From the IMG/VR virus record IMGVR_UViG_3300028805_000002: a stretch of DNA of 64,000 nucleotides; one strand, given 5' to 3'. The DNA comes from an uncultured virus (IMG/VR IMGVR_UViG_3300028805_000002) (taxonomy: Duplodnaviria; Heunggongvirae; Uroviricota; Caudoviricetes). Position numbers and translations under genes: made by a program. Within the stretch, counting starts at the first letter, position 1; every line of letters begins with the position of its first letter. Shown piece after piece: positions 29,045 to 37,895 of this stretch. Under the pieces are notes generated by a model, which ran no database searches, was not told where the DNA came from, and was given only the letters and a program-made list of their open reading frames with translations.

Positions 29045-29245
29045 ATGGGCAAATACAACTCCAAAGAACAACAAGACAGATTTTTTGAACATCACAAATC
29101 GTTTAAAGTGTATTTAAGTACAGAAGAGGATATGGATATTATTAAAAACATTATGCAGTCCAAGTGTGTTTCTCATTATATTAAAAAGGCGCTTGAATAT
29201 TACGTGCGTCATATAGATAAGGAATGTAGTTATGAAAATACGTGA
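29045..29245 (+). CDS. Small ribbon-helix-helix-like protein
   Basis: FKVYL...DIIK...SHYIKKAL pattern. Confidence 0.45.
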   Translation: MGKYNSKEQQDRFFEHHKSFKVYLSTEEDMDIIKNIMQSKCVSHYIKKALEYYVRHIDKECSYENT

Positions 29246-29816
29246 CCTGTGTGTTTGCTTGATTACATTCGCATATCTTTTTCTCGGGTACGGATTTGTT
29301 CTTGTTGAGAGTAAAGCCGCAAACGAGCAGACAGTTATTGAGGAAATAGTCGAAGAGATAGTTGTTGAGCAAGAAGGTAGATTAAGCAATTATCATATTG
29401 CGTATTTATGGCATACTAAAATGAATGTTATGCTTGCGCTAACTCCTGTGTCATACACCAAAGAAATACAAAATCTTGAGGAATATAACTGCTTGTTTTA
29501 CGCAACTGTTCCGATAGGGCGTTACTATATAACTGCTTATAATCATAAAGAGACAGGCAGTAAGATAACAGCAAGCGGTACGACCTGTCACGAAGGAACT
29601 ATAAGCACTTGTGCCGCAGACCCGAAGTATCACAAGTTTGGTACATATTTAGAAATCGACGGCAGATTATACGTTGTTGAGGACACGGGAAGTGCAGTTA
29701 AAAGGCGTCATATTGATTTATACTTTTCCGATTACAGAACAATGTACAGATACGGAAGCAACTATCAAAACATTTATCGAGTAGAGTTTCCGTTTGGTAA
29801 ACCTAAGTACGCATAA
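29232..29816 (+). CDS. Membrane-anchored 3D-domain protein (lytic transglycosylase-like)
   Basis: ITAY...TASG...AADP...VEDTG...HIDLY; N-terminal transmembrane segment. Confidence 0.8.
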   Translation: MKIRDLCVCLITFAYLFLGYGFVLVESKAANEQTVIEEIVEEIVVEQEGRLSNYHIAYLWHTKMNVMLALTPVSYTKEIQNLEEYNCLFYATVPIGRYYITAYNHKETGSKITASGTTCHEGTISTCAADPKYHKFGTYLEIDGRLYVVEDTGSAVKRRHIDLYFSDYRTMYRYGSNYQNIYRVEFPFGKPKYA

Positions 29817-29843
29817 TTCATAATTTGTTTACAAATTTAATAC

Positions 29844-29872
29844 TTGACACATAATTAAACATTTATTATAAT
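29844..29872 (+). promoter_or_regulatory. Consensus SigA promoter
   Basis: TTGACA-17nt-TATAAT. Confidence 0.85.
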
Positions 29873-29925
29873 GATTACAGTTGCTAGAGTGCAACAAGAA
29901 AAAGAAAGAAAGGACAAGCCAAAAA

Positions 29926-30402
29926 ATGAATAGAAATTCGTATGCTAAAAAAGACACGTTTTGGAACAGAGTAAGAGCAGAGAAGGGCATAAAGATTAAA
30001 GAAGTTGCAGAGTTCTTGCATCGTCCTGAAGGCAGTGTTGGTATGTATTTCAGTGGACAAGTTATGCCTAACGAAAATACTATTAGGACTCTTTGTGACT
30101 TCTTTGATGTTGAGTTTGACAAAGGTGTTCTTGAGTTTCAGCACGCAAACAGAAATTGGAAGGCGGAGCATAATGCGAAGTTGCAGTATCGTTCTAACAC
30201 GCCAGTTGCTATTCCAGAGATGACAACACACGTTGAAGAAATCCTTAAAACGCTTTATGGTGTTATTTCTTGTGAGGACTTTGTTGCAATTTACAATCAT
30301 CTAATCTCTGGTTCTGCGACGAACTTTGATGTTGAAGAACTTATTTATGGTAAGTTTGATTATGCGACTTACTGCAAGATACGTGACATACTCAGGGGGT
30401 GA
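29926..30402 (+). CDS. XRE-family HTH regulator
   Basis: RAEKGIKIKEVAEFL...YFSGQVMP...LCDFFDV. Confidence 0.75.
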   Translation: MNRNSYAKKDTFWNRVRAEKGIKIKEVAEFLHRPEGSVGMYFSGQVMPNENTIRTLCDFFDVEFDKGVLEFQHANRNWKAEHNAKLQYRSNTPVAIPEMTTHVEEILKTLYGVISCEDFVAIYNHLISGSATNFDVEELIYGKFDYATYCKIRDILRG

Positions 30403-30406
30403 TACA

Positions 30407-30631
30407 ATGACAAAGTATGATTTAGTAGGACAAGACGGTAACGCATTTGCTCTTATGGGCTATACTGCGAGAGCGTTGAGGAATGAGGGACTTCGAGATA
30501 AAGTTGAAGAAATGCAGAGCAGAGCAATGGCAGGAGATTATTATAATCTTATTGCTGTTTGTGACGATTATCTTCAGATGGCGAATAGAAAAGCAGAAGA
30601 GAATGGATTTGTTGACGAGGAGGATGAATAA
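30407..30631 (+). CDS. Hypothetical protein
   Basis: LVGQDGNAFALMG motif. Confidence 0.6.
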   Translation: MTKYDLVGQDGNAFALMGYTARALRNEGLRDKVEEMQSRAMAGDYYNLIAVCDDYLQMANRKAEENGFVDEEDE

Positions 30632-30829
30632 ATGCTAGACATTAACAAAAAGATTACTGTTTCGATAGACCAACTTACTGACGTACTGGCAGAGTCGGCT
30701 ATCAGTGTTGCAAATGCACTAGAGGAGCACGACAAAGATATGGCTAAGTTTGCAATAAGTTTACTGGCTGTATATAGCGCAGAAGTTACACAAAAACTAT
30801 CTAAAAAGTACGCAACAGAGGAGGAATAA
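30632..30829 (+). CDS. Hypothetical protein
   Basis: Coupled ORF with RBS. Confidence 0.5.
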   Translation: MLDINKKITVSIDQLTDVLAESAISVANALEEHDKDMAKFAISLLAVYSAEVTQKLSKKYATEEE

Positions 30830-30831
30830 CA

Positions 30832-31059
30832 ATGAAAGGTCAGAGACAGGCGGTTCTTAACGAACTTAAAGCAGGTAATGAAGTTACAAATCGTACTATG
30901 CACAATAAGTATGGCATTGAGCGACTTTCTGGTATCATCTTCGATTTAAGAGGAATGGGATATAACATTCACACGATTATGAAAGACGGCAAGACACGTT
31001 TTGGCGACAGCACAAAGTATGCAAGTTATATCTTAGGCAAAGATAGTGAGGAAGTATAA
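30832..31059 (+). CDS. Winged-HTH protein
   Basis: YGIERLSGIIFDLRGMGYNI. Confidence 0.65.
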   Translation: MKGQRQAVLNELKAGNEVTNRTMHNKYGIERLSGIIFDLRGMGYNIHTIMKDGKTRFGDSTKYASYILGKDSEEV

Positions 31060-31319
31060 TGGAAATAGCAGTTATTTTAGGAATAGTTAATGCTGTTGTT
31101 GGTGCTGTTCTTATTGGCTTATTCGTTTTTGCTTATACTAAATTTAAGCGCAGAATGGCAGAACTCGACGAACTAGAAGAAACAGTGTCCAATCTGTGTT
31201 TATGTTTCTTACAGTTCAAGGACAATCCCGATAGTATATCAATCATAGAGGACTATTCAGCATTATCAGACACAGATACTACGTCAGGATTTAATTTTCC
31301 AAGTAGAGAGGGTTTTTAA
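31059..31319 (+). CDS. Membrane-anchored hypothetical protein
   Basis: N-terminal transmembrane helix. Confidence 0.5.
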   Translation: MEIAVILGIVNAVVGAVLIGLFVFAYTKFKRRMAELDELEETVSNLCLCFLQFKDNPDSISIIEDYSALSDTDTTSGFNFPSREGF

Positions 31320-31322
31320 TAT

Positions 31323-32327
31323 ATGATTTCTTTGGCAGTTAAGTACCGTCCACAGAAGTTTGACGAGGTCGTAGAGCAGTCTGCGACCAAAGTCATTCTT
31401 GAACAACAGTTAAAAACTGGTGAGATTAAAAATGCGTATTTGTTTTGCGGTTCAGCAGGAACAGGCAAGACAACGTGTGCAAGAATATTTGCTAATGAGA
31501 TAAATAAAGGCAAGGGTTCTCCTATTGAACTTGATGCCGCAAGTAATAACTCCGTTGACGATATTCGAGATATAATTCAGCAGTCAAAAACGGCAAGTCT
31601 TGATAGTGAATACAAGGTGTTTATTATTGACGAGTGCCACGCATTATCCAACAGTGCTTGGCAGGCTATGTTAAAGGTTCTTGAAGAGCCGCCTGCAAAG
31701 TCTATCTTTATCTTCTGTACTACGGACCCCCAAAAAATTCCAGGAACAATTCTTTCAAGAGTACAGCGGTACGATTTCCATAAGATAAGTCAGCAGGCTA
31801 TTCGGAATAGATTGATAGTTGTTCTTAAAGAGGAGGATAAAGAAAATCCACAGATTAGAGTTTCTATGCCTGCGCTAGAGTATATCGCAAAACAGGCACA
31901 GGGAGGTATGCGAGATGCCTTGACAATGCTCGATAAGTGTTTGGCGTACTCTAATGAGTTAACGATTGACAACGTAATAAAAGCACTTGGATTGCCTGAT
32001 TACGATGTTATGTGCAGTCTGTTAAGCGCAGTCGTAGAGGACAATGTGACAGATAAACTAAATATGATAAACACCATATTTATGAGTGGCTATGACTTAA
32101 AACAGTTCATCAAGCACTTCACAAATTTTGTTCTTGACGGCATTAAGTATAATCTCGGCGTTTCAGAGTATATGGAATGTGCAACTACTCAAGAGGTTAT
32201 AGATACGTTTGAGACATTCTCGCCATCTGCGGAGTTGCTGGCGTCACTGATTAAGTTACAGAATGATATAAAATGGGACTCAAATCCTAAAGCAAGGATA
32301 GAGTCTTGGTGTGTTACAGGAGAATAA
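31323..32327 (+). CDS. dnaX: Clamp-loader ATPase subunit (DnaX gamma/tau-like)
   Basis: LAVKYRP, GSAGTGKTT, DAASNN, IIDECH, LKVLEEPP, TILSR, GGMRDAL. Confidence 0.92.
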   Translation: MISLAVKYRPQKFDEVVEQSATKVILEQQLKTGEIKNAYLFCGSAGTGKTTCARIFANEINKGKGSPIELDAASNNSVDDIRDIIQQSKTASLDSEYKVFIIDECHALSNSAWQAMLKVLEEPPAKSIFIFCTTDPQKIPGTILSRVQRYDFHKISQQAIRNRLIVVLKEEDKENPQIRVSMPALEYIAKQAQGGMRDALTMLDKCLAYSNELTIDNVIKALGLPDYDVMCSLLSAVVEDNVTDKLNMINTIFMSGYDLKQFIKHFTNFVLDGIKYNLGVSEYMECATTQEVIDTFETFSPSAELLASLIKLQNDIKWDSNPKARIESWCVTGE

Positions 32328-32329
32328 TT

Positions 32330-32530
32330 ATGGAAATAGATAATTTAAAGATTATAGAAGTTTGTATGTTAGGTAATGGTTTTGTAATTCGTTGGTCTGC
32401 AAATATAGGCTTTGGTGAAGTCACTTTCTATAAAGAAGATGATAAGTGGTACGCAGATACGGAGTATATGGGTAAAGACTTTTGCAAACTGGTACTTGAT
32501 AAATTTTTAGAAACAATAGAGGTAAGATAA
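32330..32530 (+). CDS. Hypothetical protein
   Basis: RBS AGGAG; lies between clamp-loader genes. Confidence 0.55.
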   Translation: MEIDNLKIIEVCMLGNGFVIRWSANIGFGEVTFYKEDDKWYADTEYMGKDFCKLVLDKFLETIEVR

Positions 32531-33360
32531 TGATTGGACAAACAAATTTATTAGATAGAATTAGCGGACAGATTGAGAGAGACAAGTTTCCTAGATTTTC
32601 TATTTTTATAGGTGAAAAGGGAAGCGGTAAGAAAACATTAGCCACTGCTGTTGCACAAATGATGGGACACCCTGCGTGGATTGCTCCTGATGTTAAGGTA
32701 GATACAATTCGTAGTATTATTGAGACGTGTTATAAAGCAGACTTGCCTATCTTCTACGTTATTCCTGATTGCGATAATATGTCGCTTGCCGCGGCTAACG
32801 CCTTACTCAAGGTGACAGAGGAGCCTCCGAAACACGCCTATTTTATTCTTACGTGTGAGAATGAGGACAACTTGCTTTCAACAATAAGAAGTCGCGGTGT
32901 TACTTATATGCTTGAGCCTTATTCTTATGAGGAGAAGTGTGACTATGTAAATCAAGCATACGATATGACCAAGTGGTCAGAAAAAGAAACAGAGTTCGCA
33001 CTTGATACGGCAACTAACCCGGGCGATATTGATTGCTTATGGTCAACTGATTTGACAGGATTTATTAAGTACGTAACCCTTGTAATTGATAATATCGCAG
33101 AAGTAGAAGGCAGTAATGCGTTCAAGATTTCAGAGAAGATAGCATTAAAGGGAGAAGATGATAAGTATAGTCTTAGACTTTTCTGGAAGATGTTTAACTC
33201 TATTTGTGTGAGTAAAATGCGTTCAGCAGAAGACCCATTAAAGTATGCAAGAGCAATCGCCGTGACTGGTGATTACGCACAGCAATTAAACATTCGCGGC
33301 ATAAATCTGCAAATGCTTTTCGACAATTGGATTTTATCTATTCGAGAGGAATGGTTATGA
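32530..33360 (+). CDS. holB: Clamp-loader delta-prime-like subunit
   Basis: GEKGSGKKT, AANALLKVTEEPP, LLSTIRSR. Confidence 0.85.
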   Translation: MIGQTNLLDRISGQIERDKFPRFSIFIGEKGSGKKTLATAVAQMMGHPAWIAPDVKVDTIRSIIETCYKADLPIFYVIPDCDNMSLAAANALLKVTEEPPKHAYFILTCENEDNLLSTIRSRGVTYMLEPYSYEEKCDYVNQAYDMTKWSEKETEFALDTATNPGDIDCLWSTDLTGFIKYVTLVIDNIAEVEGSNAFKISEKIALKGEDDKYSLRLFWKMFNSICVSKMRSAEDPLKYARAIAVTGDYAQQLNIRGINLQMLFDNWILSIREEWL

Positions 33361-33551
33361 GTAAAAAGAGAAAGAATGGTTCGCAGGGCTTTTGGCGATT
33401 TTTGTATTTTTGTATACACGCGTTTTTTATAGTTCTTATCTTGGCTTTGATTGTATTTGAGGTATTTATATTTGTTAAATACGGCGGAAAACCAATAAAC
33501 GAAGTTCCTTCTTGGGTACATTGGTTTATGCTTTCAGGTGATTTGTTATGA
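33357..33551 (+). CDS. Small membrane protein
   Basis: Hydrophobic helix; YGGKPINEVPSW. Confidence 0.5.
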   Translation: MSKKRKNGSQGFWRFLYFCIHAFFIVLILALIVFEVFIFVKYGGKPINEVPSWVHWFMLSGDLL

Positions 33552-34522
33552 ACATTACAGATGTAAAGACAGATATTAAGAACGGTACAATTCGTCCTTA
33601 TTATATATTTACAGGTGATGAATTTGAGGTTCAGCGCATTTACATCAATAAGATTGCCGAGGTTCTCGGATATGATGTTAGACGCGTGGATAGTCTGTCT
33701 GAAGTTTGGCCAGAACTGACTAGTCCCGTGTTGTTTGGTTCTGCTTGTGTGTATGTAATTCGAGATGATAAAGACATATTACAAGACGAGACAGTACAAA
33801 CGCGACTAGCACAAGGCAACTTGAATGATAATGTTGTAATTCTCCTACTTACAACGGTTGATAAGCGCACGAAGTTCTATAAGGCTAACGCTGATAAAAT
33901 AGTCTTATTTGAGCATTTATCAGTCGATATGCTTGTAAAGTATTGTCAACGTCTTACAACGCTAAATAGAGCAAATTGTGAGCGTTTAATCGCTATATGC
34001 GAGAATGACTATTCACGCATTTTATTAGAGATAGACAAAATAAAGCAATATAAAGAATGGCTAGTAGAAGAAGGCTACGATAAAGAGACAGACAATTCTC
34101 TTCCATCTTGTTATGCTGACAGTGTTTTTGAGTATCTTGTAAAAGATGGCGCAATAGCAGTTCCCCCACAAGACGCCGTGTTTGACCTAGTTGATGCTAT
34201 TCTTAAACGTCAGGTTAAGAGAGCATATTATTTGTTTGACCAGTGTAAGCAGATTGGTGAAGCAAATATGGTCATTCTGTCTGTCTTGTATAATAATGCA
34301 AAACAGGTGCTACAAGTTCAGGCGTGTGAAAGCAGAGATGTTTGTAAAGCAACTGGACTAACCGCGTGGCAAGTAAAATGCGCAAAAGAAAAAGCGGATA
34401 AATATACTGACGGCGAACTGGTAAATGTGTTAAAATCTATACAGAAAATACAGAAAGACATAATAACAGGGCAACTTGATGAAACGATTGCCGTTGATTA
34501 TTTACTGGTGCAAATTCTATGA
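33548..34522 (+). CDS. holA: Clamp-loader delta-like subunit
   Basis: YYIFTGDE, DKRTKFYK, EIDKI, VFDLVDAIL, DIITG pattern of HolA. Confidence 0.8.
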   Translation: MNITDVKTDIKNGTIRPYYIFTGDEFEVQRIYINKIAEVLGYDVRRVDSLSEVWPELTSPVLFGSACVYVIRDDKDILQDETVQTRLAQGNLNDNVVILLLTTVDKRTKFYKANADKIVLFEHLSVDMLVKYCQRLTTLNRANCERLIAICENDYSRILLEIDKIKQYKEWLVEEGYDKETDNSLPSCYADSVFEYLVKDGAIAVPPQDAVFDLVDAILKRQVKRAYYLFDQCKQIGEANMVILSVLYNNAKQVLQVQACESRDVCKATGLTAWQVKCAKEKADKYTDGELVNVLKSIQKIQKDIITGQLDETIAVDYLLVQIL

Positions 34523-34689
34523 CAGACTTTGAGAAATGCGGTGGCGCACTATGGCTACCAGAAAAGCGACTACATAAAAACTGTCTCCGTTGTAATCGTC
34601 AATTAAAGACACAAGAGGCGCGTGAGCGTGGTTATGGCGAAGTATGTTGGAAGAAACATCTTGCTGATAGACAGACTACACTTTTTTGA
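34519..34689 (+). CDS. 56-aa DUF6011-like zinc protein ending in QTTLF (not in ORF track)
   Basis: CLRCNRQL...RGYGEVCWKK; ATGA overlap with the holA stop. Confidence 0.65.
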   Translation: MTDFEKCGGALWLPEKRLHKNCLRCNRQLKTQEARERGYGEVCWKKHLADRQTTLF

Positions 34690-34716
34690 GTTTACAAATT
34701 GTTTACAATTAGTTTG

Positions 34717-34745
34717 TTGAGTAATAGTTAATCGTGTAGTATAAT
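34717..34745 (+). promoter_or_regulatory. SigA-type promoter driving the RNA cluster
   Basis: TTGAGT-17nt(ATCGTGTAG)-TATAAT. Confidence 0.7.
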
Positions 34746-34782
34746 GTTTATATCAACAAAGAAAGAGAGATTAAATAAGAAG

Positions 34783-35247
34783 ATACTCACCGAGGCGCTT
34801 GTTCATACAATATGACTCCGTATATAATTCAAACTTAATAGTATCAACCACACAAAAACTGTCTCGGTGAGTATTTTAAAGGCACATACAGCAATCTTCA
34901 GTTTTCAATGCTAATGAAAGTTCTTGTGCCTTGTAAAAGAGTTTGTTAGGTATCTTTTCAAAAACTTATCACCAATAGGGTTGAACGGTCACCAATTCGG
35001 ATAATGCAAATCCGTTAACGTAATGGAATAATGGCTGGTCACAAGATATCAGAAATGTCGAGCGTTACGGCTATGTTATCTGCCCTATACCAGTAGGACA
35101 AACTTCTACTCGTAAACAAGTGCGTGAGAGTTAAACGATGCATCGGGAAGAATGTCCTATACCGCCAGTTTACCAACTCAACCGCGCGGTATAGAAACAA
35201 GGTAGAGTGCGATACCGAATCCGTCAAGTGTTCGCGACGCTTGACGG
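34783..35247 (+). ncRNA. Candidate structured non-coding RNA(s) upstream of the tRNAs
   Basis: No + strand ORF; at least six helices, e.g. 34783-95/34862-74, 34879-86/34925-32, 35157-65/35186-94, 35221-30/35238-47. Confidence 0.5.
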
Positions 35248-35263
35248 TAAGTAGGTAAAATAT

Positions 35264-35366
35264 GAAGTAGTGATGGATAGGTAAACATAGCGTCCGAGTT
35301 GCATTTGACATAGGAGGCAGGAAATCAGGAGATTTCCCTACTAGGTTCGAGTCCTAGTCTACTTCA
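35264..35366 (+). ncRNA. tRNA-like RNA (class II/Leu-like body, aberrant anticodon arm)
   Basis: Acceptor GAAGTAG/CTACTTC, D arm ATG-GATAGGTAAA-CAT, variable stem GGAAATC/GATTTCC, T arm CTAGG-TTCGAGT-CCTAG. Confidence 0.6.
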
Positions 35367-35375
35367 CAAAAACAC

Positions 35376-35450
35376 TGAGGTGTCGCCAAGCGGTAAGGCA
35401 TTGGTCTTTGACTCCAACACTCGTAGGTTCGATTCCTGCCACCTCAGCCA
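35376..35450 (+). tRNA. tRNA-Gln (TTG)
   Basis: TGAGGTG/CACCTCA acceptor, GCCAAGCGGTAAGGC D arm, CT-TTG-AC loop, GGTTCGATTCC, encoded CCA. Confidence 0.92.
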
Positions 35451-35564
35451 AAACTCTACCACGTCATAGTAGGGTTCCTCGGATTTTTTATGTGAAATTC
35501 ATAGCAGGTTTTGTTGATTTCCCTCTCGTTAAAGCCGAGTATCTTATAAAAGGAGAAGTAACTA

Positions 35565-36371
35565 ATGGCGAGAAATTCCCTCAAAGCAGTTATTAAGGCG
35601 TTGGATAGAGCAAATAAAAGTGTTCCCATTGAACAGCAGTTTTTAGATGATTTAAAAAGGTCTATTGAAATAGGGGATATGAAGAACGCTCGTATGCCCT
35701 CTCAGACATACAAGCCATCAGGAATGAACTGTATGCGGTCTATGTATTATCAAGTTATAGGCGCTACTCCAGTTTCAGATAGTAGTTATACACTTGTCGG
35801 TATATGCGAAAGTGGCACAGATAGACACGCCAGAATACAGAACGCAATCGCGCAAATGAAAGAGAATGGGTTTGACTGTGAATACATAGATGTTGCAGAG
35901 TACGTTAAATCACGTGGTCTTGACGCGTATCTTGACATAGTTGACCAGTGTGGTAACGAGACAAAGTTATATGACAGAGAGCGCAATATTAGTTTTCTTT
36001 GCGATGGAATTATAAAGTATCAGGGAGTATATTATATCGTAGAGTTCAAGACAGAGAGTTCCTTTAAGTGGAAAGATAGAAAAGAAGTTGACCCTAAGCA
36101 TTATAATCAAGCGCGTACTTATAGTTTAGAGTTAAAGATAGATAGCGTTTTATTCGTTTATATCAATCGTGATATTGTAGACTACAAAGCGTTTATGTAT
36201 AACGTAACAGATAGCGAAAGAGACAGTATAATTGATTTAATCGCAGAGTGTCAGTCGTATGTTGAGAAGGAAGTTCTCCCACCATTACCTATAGACGCGT
36301 CACCTAAAAAGTGTGCGTATTGCAATTATAAATACTTGTGCGAGAAAAACAGCGATGGCAAAGAAGAATAA
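35565..36371 (+). CDS. Cas4-like/PD-(D/E)xK exonuclease
   Basis: PSGMNC, GTDRH, CDGII...VEFKT, QARTY, CAYCNYKYLC. Confidence 0.8.
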   Translation: MARNSLKAVIKALDRANKSVPIEQQFLDDLKRSIEIGDMKNARMPSQTYKPSGMNCMRSMYYQVIGATPVSDSSYTLVGICESGTDRHARIQNAIAQMKENGFDCEYIDVAEYVKSRGLDAYLDIVDQCGNETKLYDRERNISFLCDGIIKYQGVYYIVEFKTESSFKWKDRKEVDPKHYNQARTYSLELKIDSVLFVYINRDIVDYKAFMYNVTDSERDSIIDLIAECQSYVEKEVLPPLPIDASPKKCAYCNYKYLCEKNSDGKEE

Positions 36372-36831
36372 TTTAGGCAAAAAGTTTGAAGATGCGGTAA
36401 AGAAGTCGTTTGAGTTGGTTCAAGATATTTCTATTGACCGCTTACGAGATGCTCCTAAGAAACTAAAAGGAGTAGATAATCCTTCTGACTTTATCGTGTA
36501 TAAAAAGCCTCACGAAATTTATGTTGAGTGTAAGTCGCATAGAGGCAACACCCTTCCCTTTTCTTGTATACGACAAAAGCAACTAAAAGGAATGAGCGAG
36601 AAAGCACTAAAGCCAGGGGTAATAGCAGGCTTTATGATATGGTTTATTGACCACGATTTAACTGTATGGGTATCAATAGATATGATTAAGACACTGATGT
36701 GGTTTGGATATAAGTCTCTAAATATAAAGGACTTAAACAAAATACCGCATTTGATTGTTCCCGGAAAGAAAAAGAGAGTTTATTTTGAATACGAGATGAA
36801 ACAGTTTTTGGAGGATTTATATGGTAGATAA
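36355..36831 (+). CDS. RecU-like Holliday junction resolvase
   Basis: GKKFE, RLRD, PSDF, VECKS, Q motif. Confidence 0.75.
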   Translation: MAKKNNLGKKFEDAVKKSFELVQDISIDRLRDAPKKLKGVDNPSDFIVYKKPHEIYVECKSHRGNTLPFSCIRQKQLKGMSEKALKPGVIAGFMIWFIDHDLTVWVSIDMIKTLMWFGYKSLNIKDLNKIPHLIVPGKKKRVYFEYEMKQFLEDLYGR

Positions 36832-36975
36832 GATTATAGGCATCGTAATTATTCTGTTAATAATAGCCTCGATTTTTGTTTTGTTCTTTTTTGGGCTTTG
36901 GCTTACGCTTTTCTGTAAGTCACTTCGCCTAATTAAAGATATGGAAAATAAACACCCAAACTGGAGGAGACTAAA

Positions 36976-37500
36976 ATGAGCAAATTTGACAACATTGAAC
37001 TGGAAAAGATTAACGCTATCAAACTTCATATTGAAGATAATTCAAAGCAAATGGATGCTATCGTTGACGATATTATTAAGATATATGTAAAAGACCTTGA
37101 TGATTACGTTGCATATATTGATGATAGATTGTGTCAGAAAGACAATCCTCCCACTGACCAGGAACTTGAAACTTTCTGTCTTAATCTGTCTTCCCTTATT
37201 TATTTTGCAGGTGGTATGTGTGAGCAGTTGGGATTAAGAAGTTCAATAGCAACCGCTGTATACAAAGAGATGTATAACACAACAAGAAACAGTCTTGAAA
37301 AGGGCACTATTGACGATAAGAACACCCTTGCAGAGTTAGCCTCACAGCAAGAGCAATTAGTAGATATTGCGTATAAGTCAGCATACAAAATTGTAAAATC
37401 AAAAGTAGATAACGCGCAGGAACTTTTATCGTCTTGTAAAAAGGCGATTTCACGCAGGATGCAGGAAATCGACCTTACTAAAATGATGGGAGGTACGTGA
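36976..37500 (+). CDS. Helical hypothetical protein in the recombination module
   Basis: RBS GGAGGAG; coiled-coil character. Confidence 0.6.
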   Translation: MSKFDNIELEKINAIKLHIEDNSKQMDAIVDDIIKIYVKDLDDYVAYIDDRLCQKDNPPTDQELETFCLNLSSLIYFAGGMCEQLGLRSSIATAVYKEMYNTTRNSLEKGTIDDKNTLAELASQQEQLVDIAYKSAYKIVKSKVDNAQELLSSCKKAISRRMQEIDLTKMMGGT

Positions 37501-37895
37501 TGCTACGCATAACTGAAATTCAGTGGCCTATTAACCCTTCAAGAATGTCTCCTAAAGAATATTTTGAGACAACAACCTGTATCAGAATAGTTTTCGAGGC
37601 TCCTCTGTTGTGGGTATTAGATGCAAGCACCCAAATTTATCGCTTTAATGTTAGTCTTCCCGTGTTGATGGAAGAAAACGGATATACGCTCAATAACAAA
37701 AAATTGTCTGATATGGTTTCTGGAAGTATTCAGTTACAATACTCTGACTTGATAGCAATTTCCGAAGATTATTTGCGTGGATTTTTTAATTACGGGGTGT
37801 GTGATAGAGAGTGGGAAGATTTGTGTGAAACGATACTAGATATGTATGGTGTAAGAACAATATTAGAAGAAAGAGGTGTTTTAAATGTCGAGTAA
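37497..37895 (+). CDS. Hypothetical protein
   Basis: Coupled ORF. Confidence 0.5.
   Translation: MMLRITEIQWPINPSRMSPKEYFETTTCIRIVFEAPLLWVLDASTQIYRFNVSLPVLMEENGYTLNNKKLSDMVSGSIQLQYSDLIAISEDYLRGFFNYGVCDREWEDLCETILDMYGVRTILEERGVLNVE

Noticed and set aside
35565..36371. Cas4-like gene as evidence of a CRISPR-Cas system
   Set aside because: No cas1/cas2 or array; it sits with RecU and RecA as a recombination nuclease.
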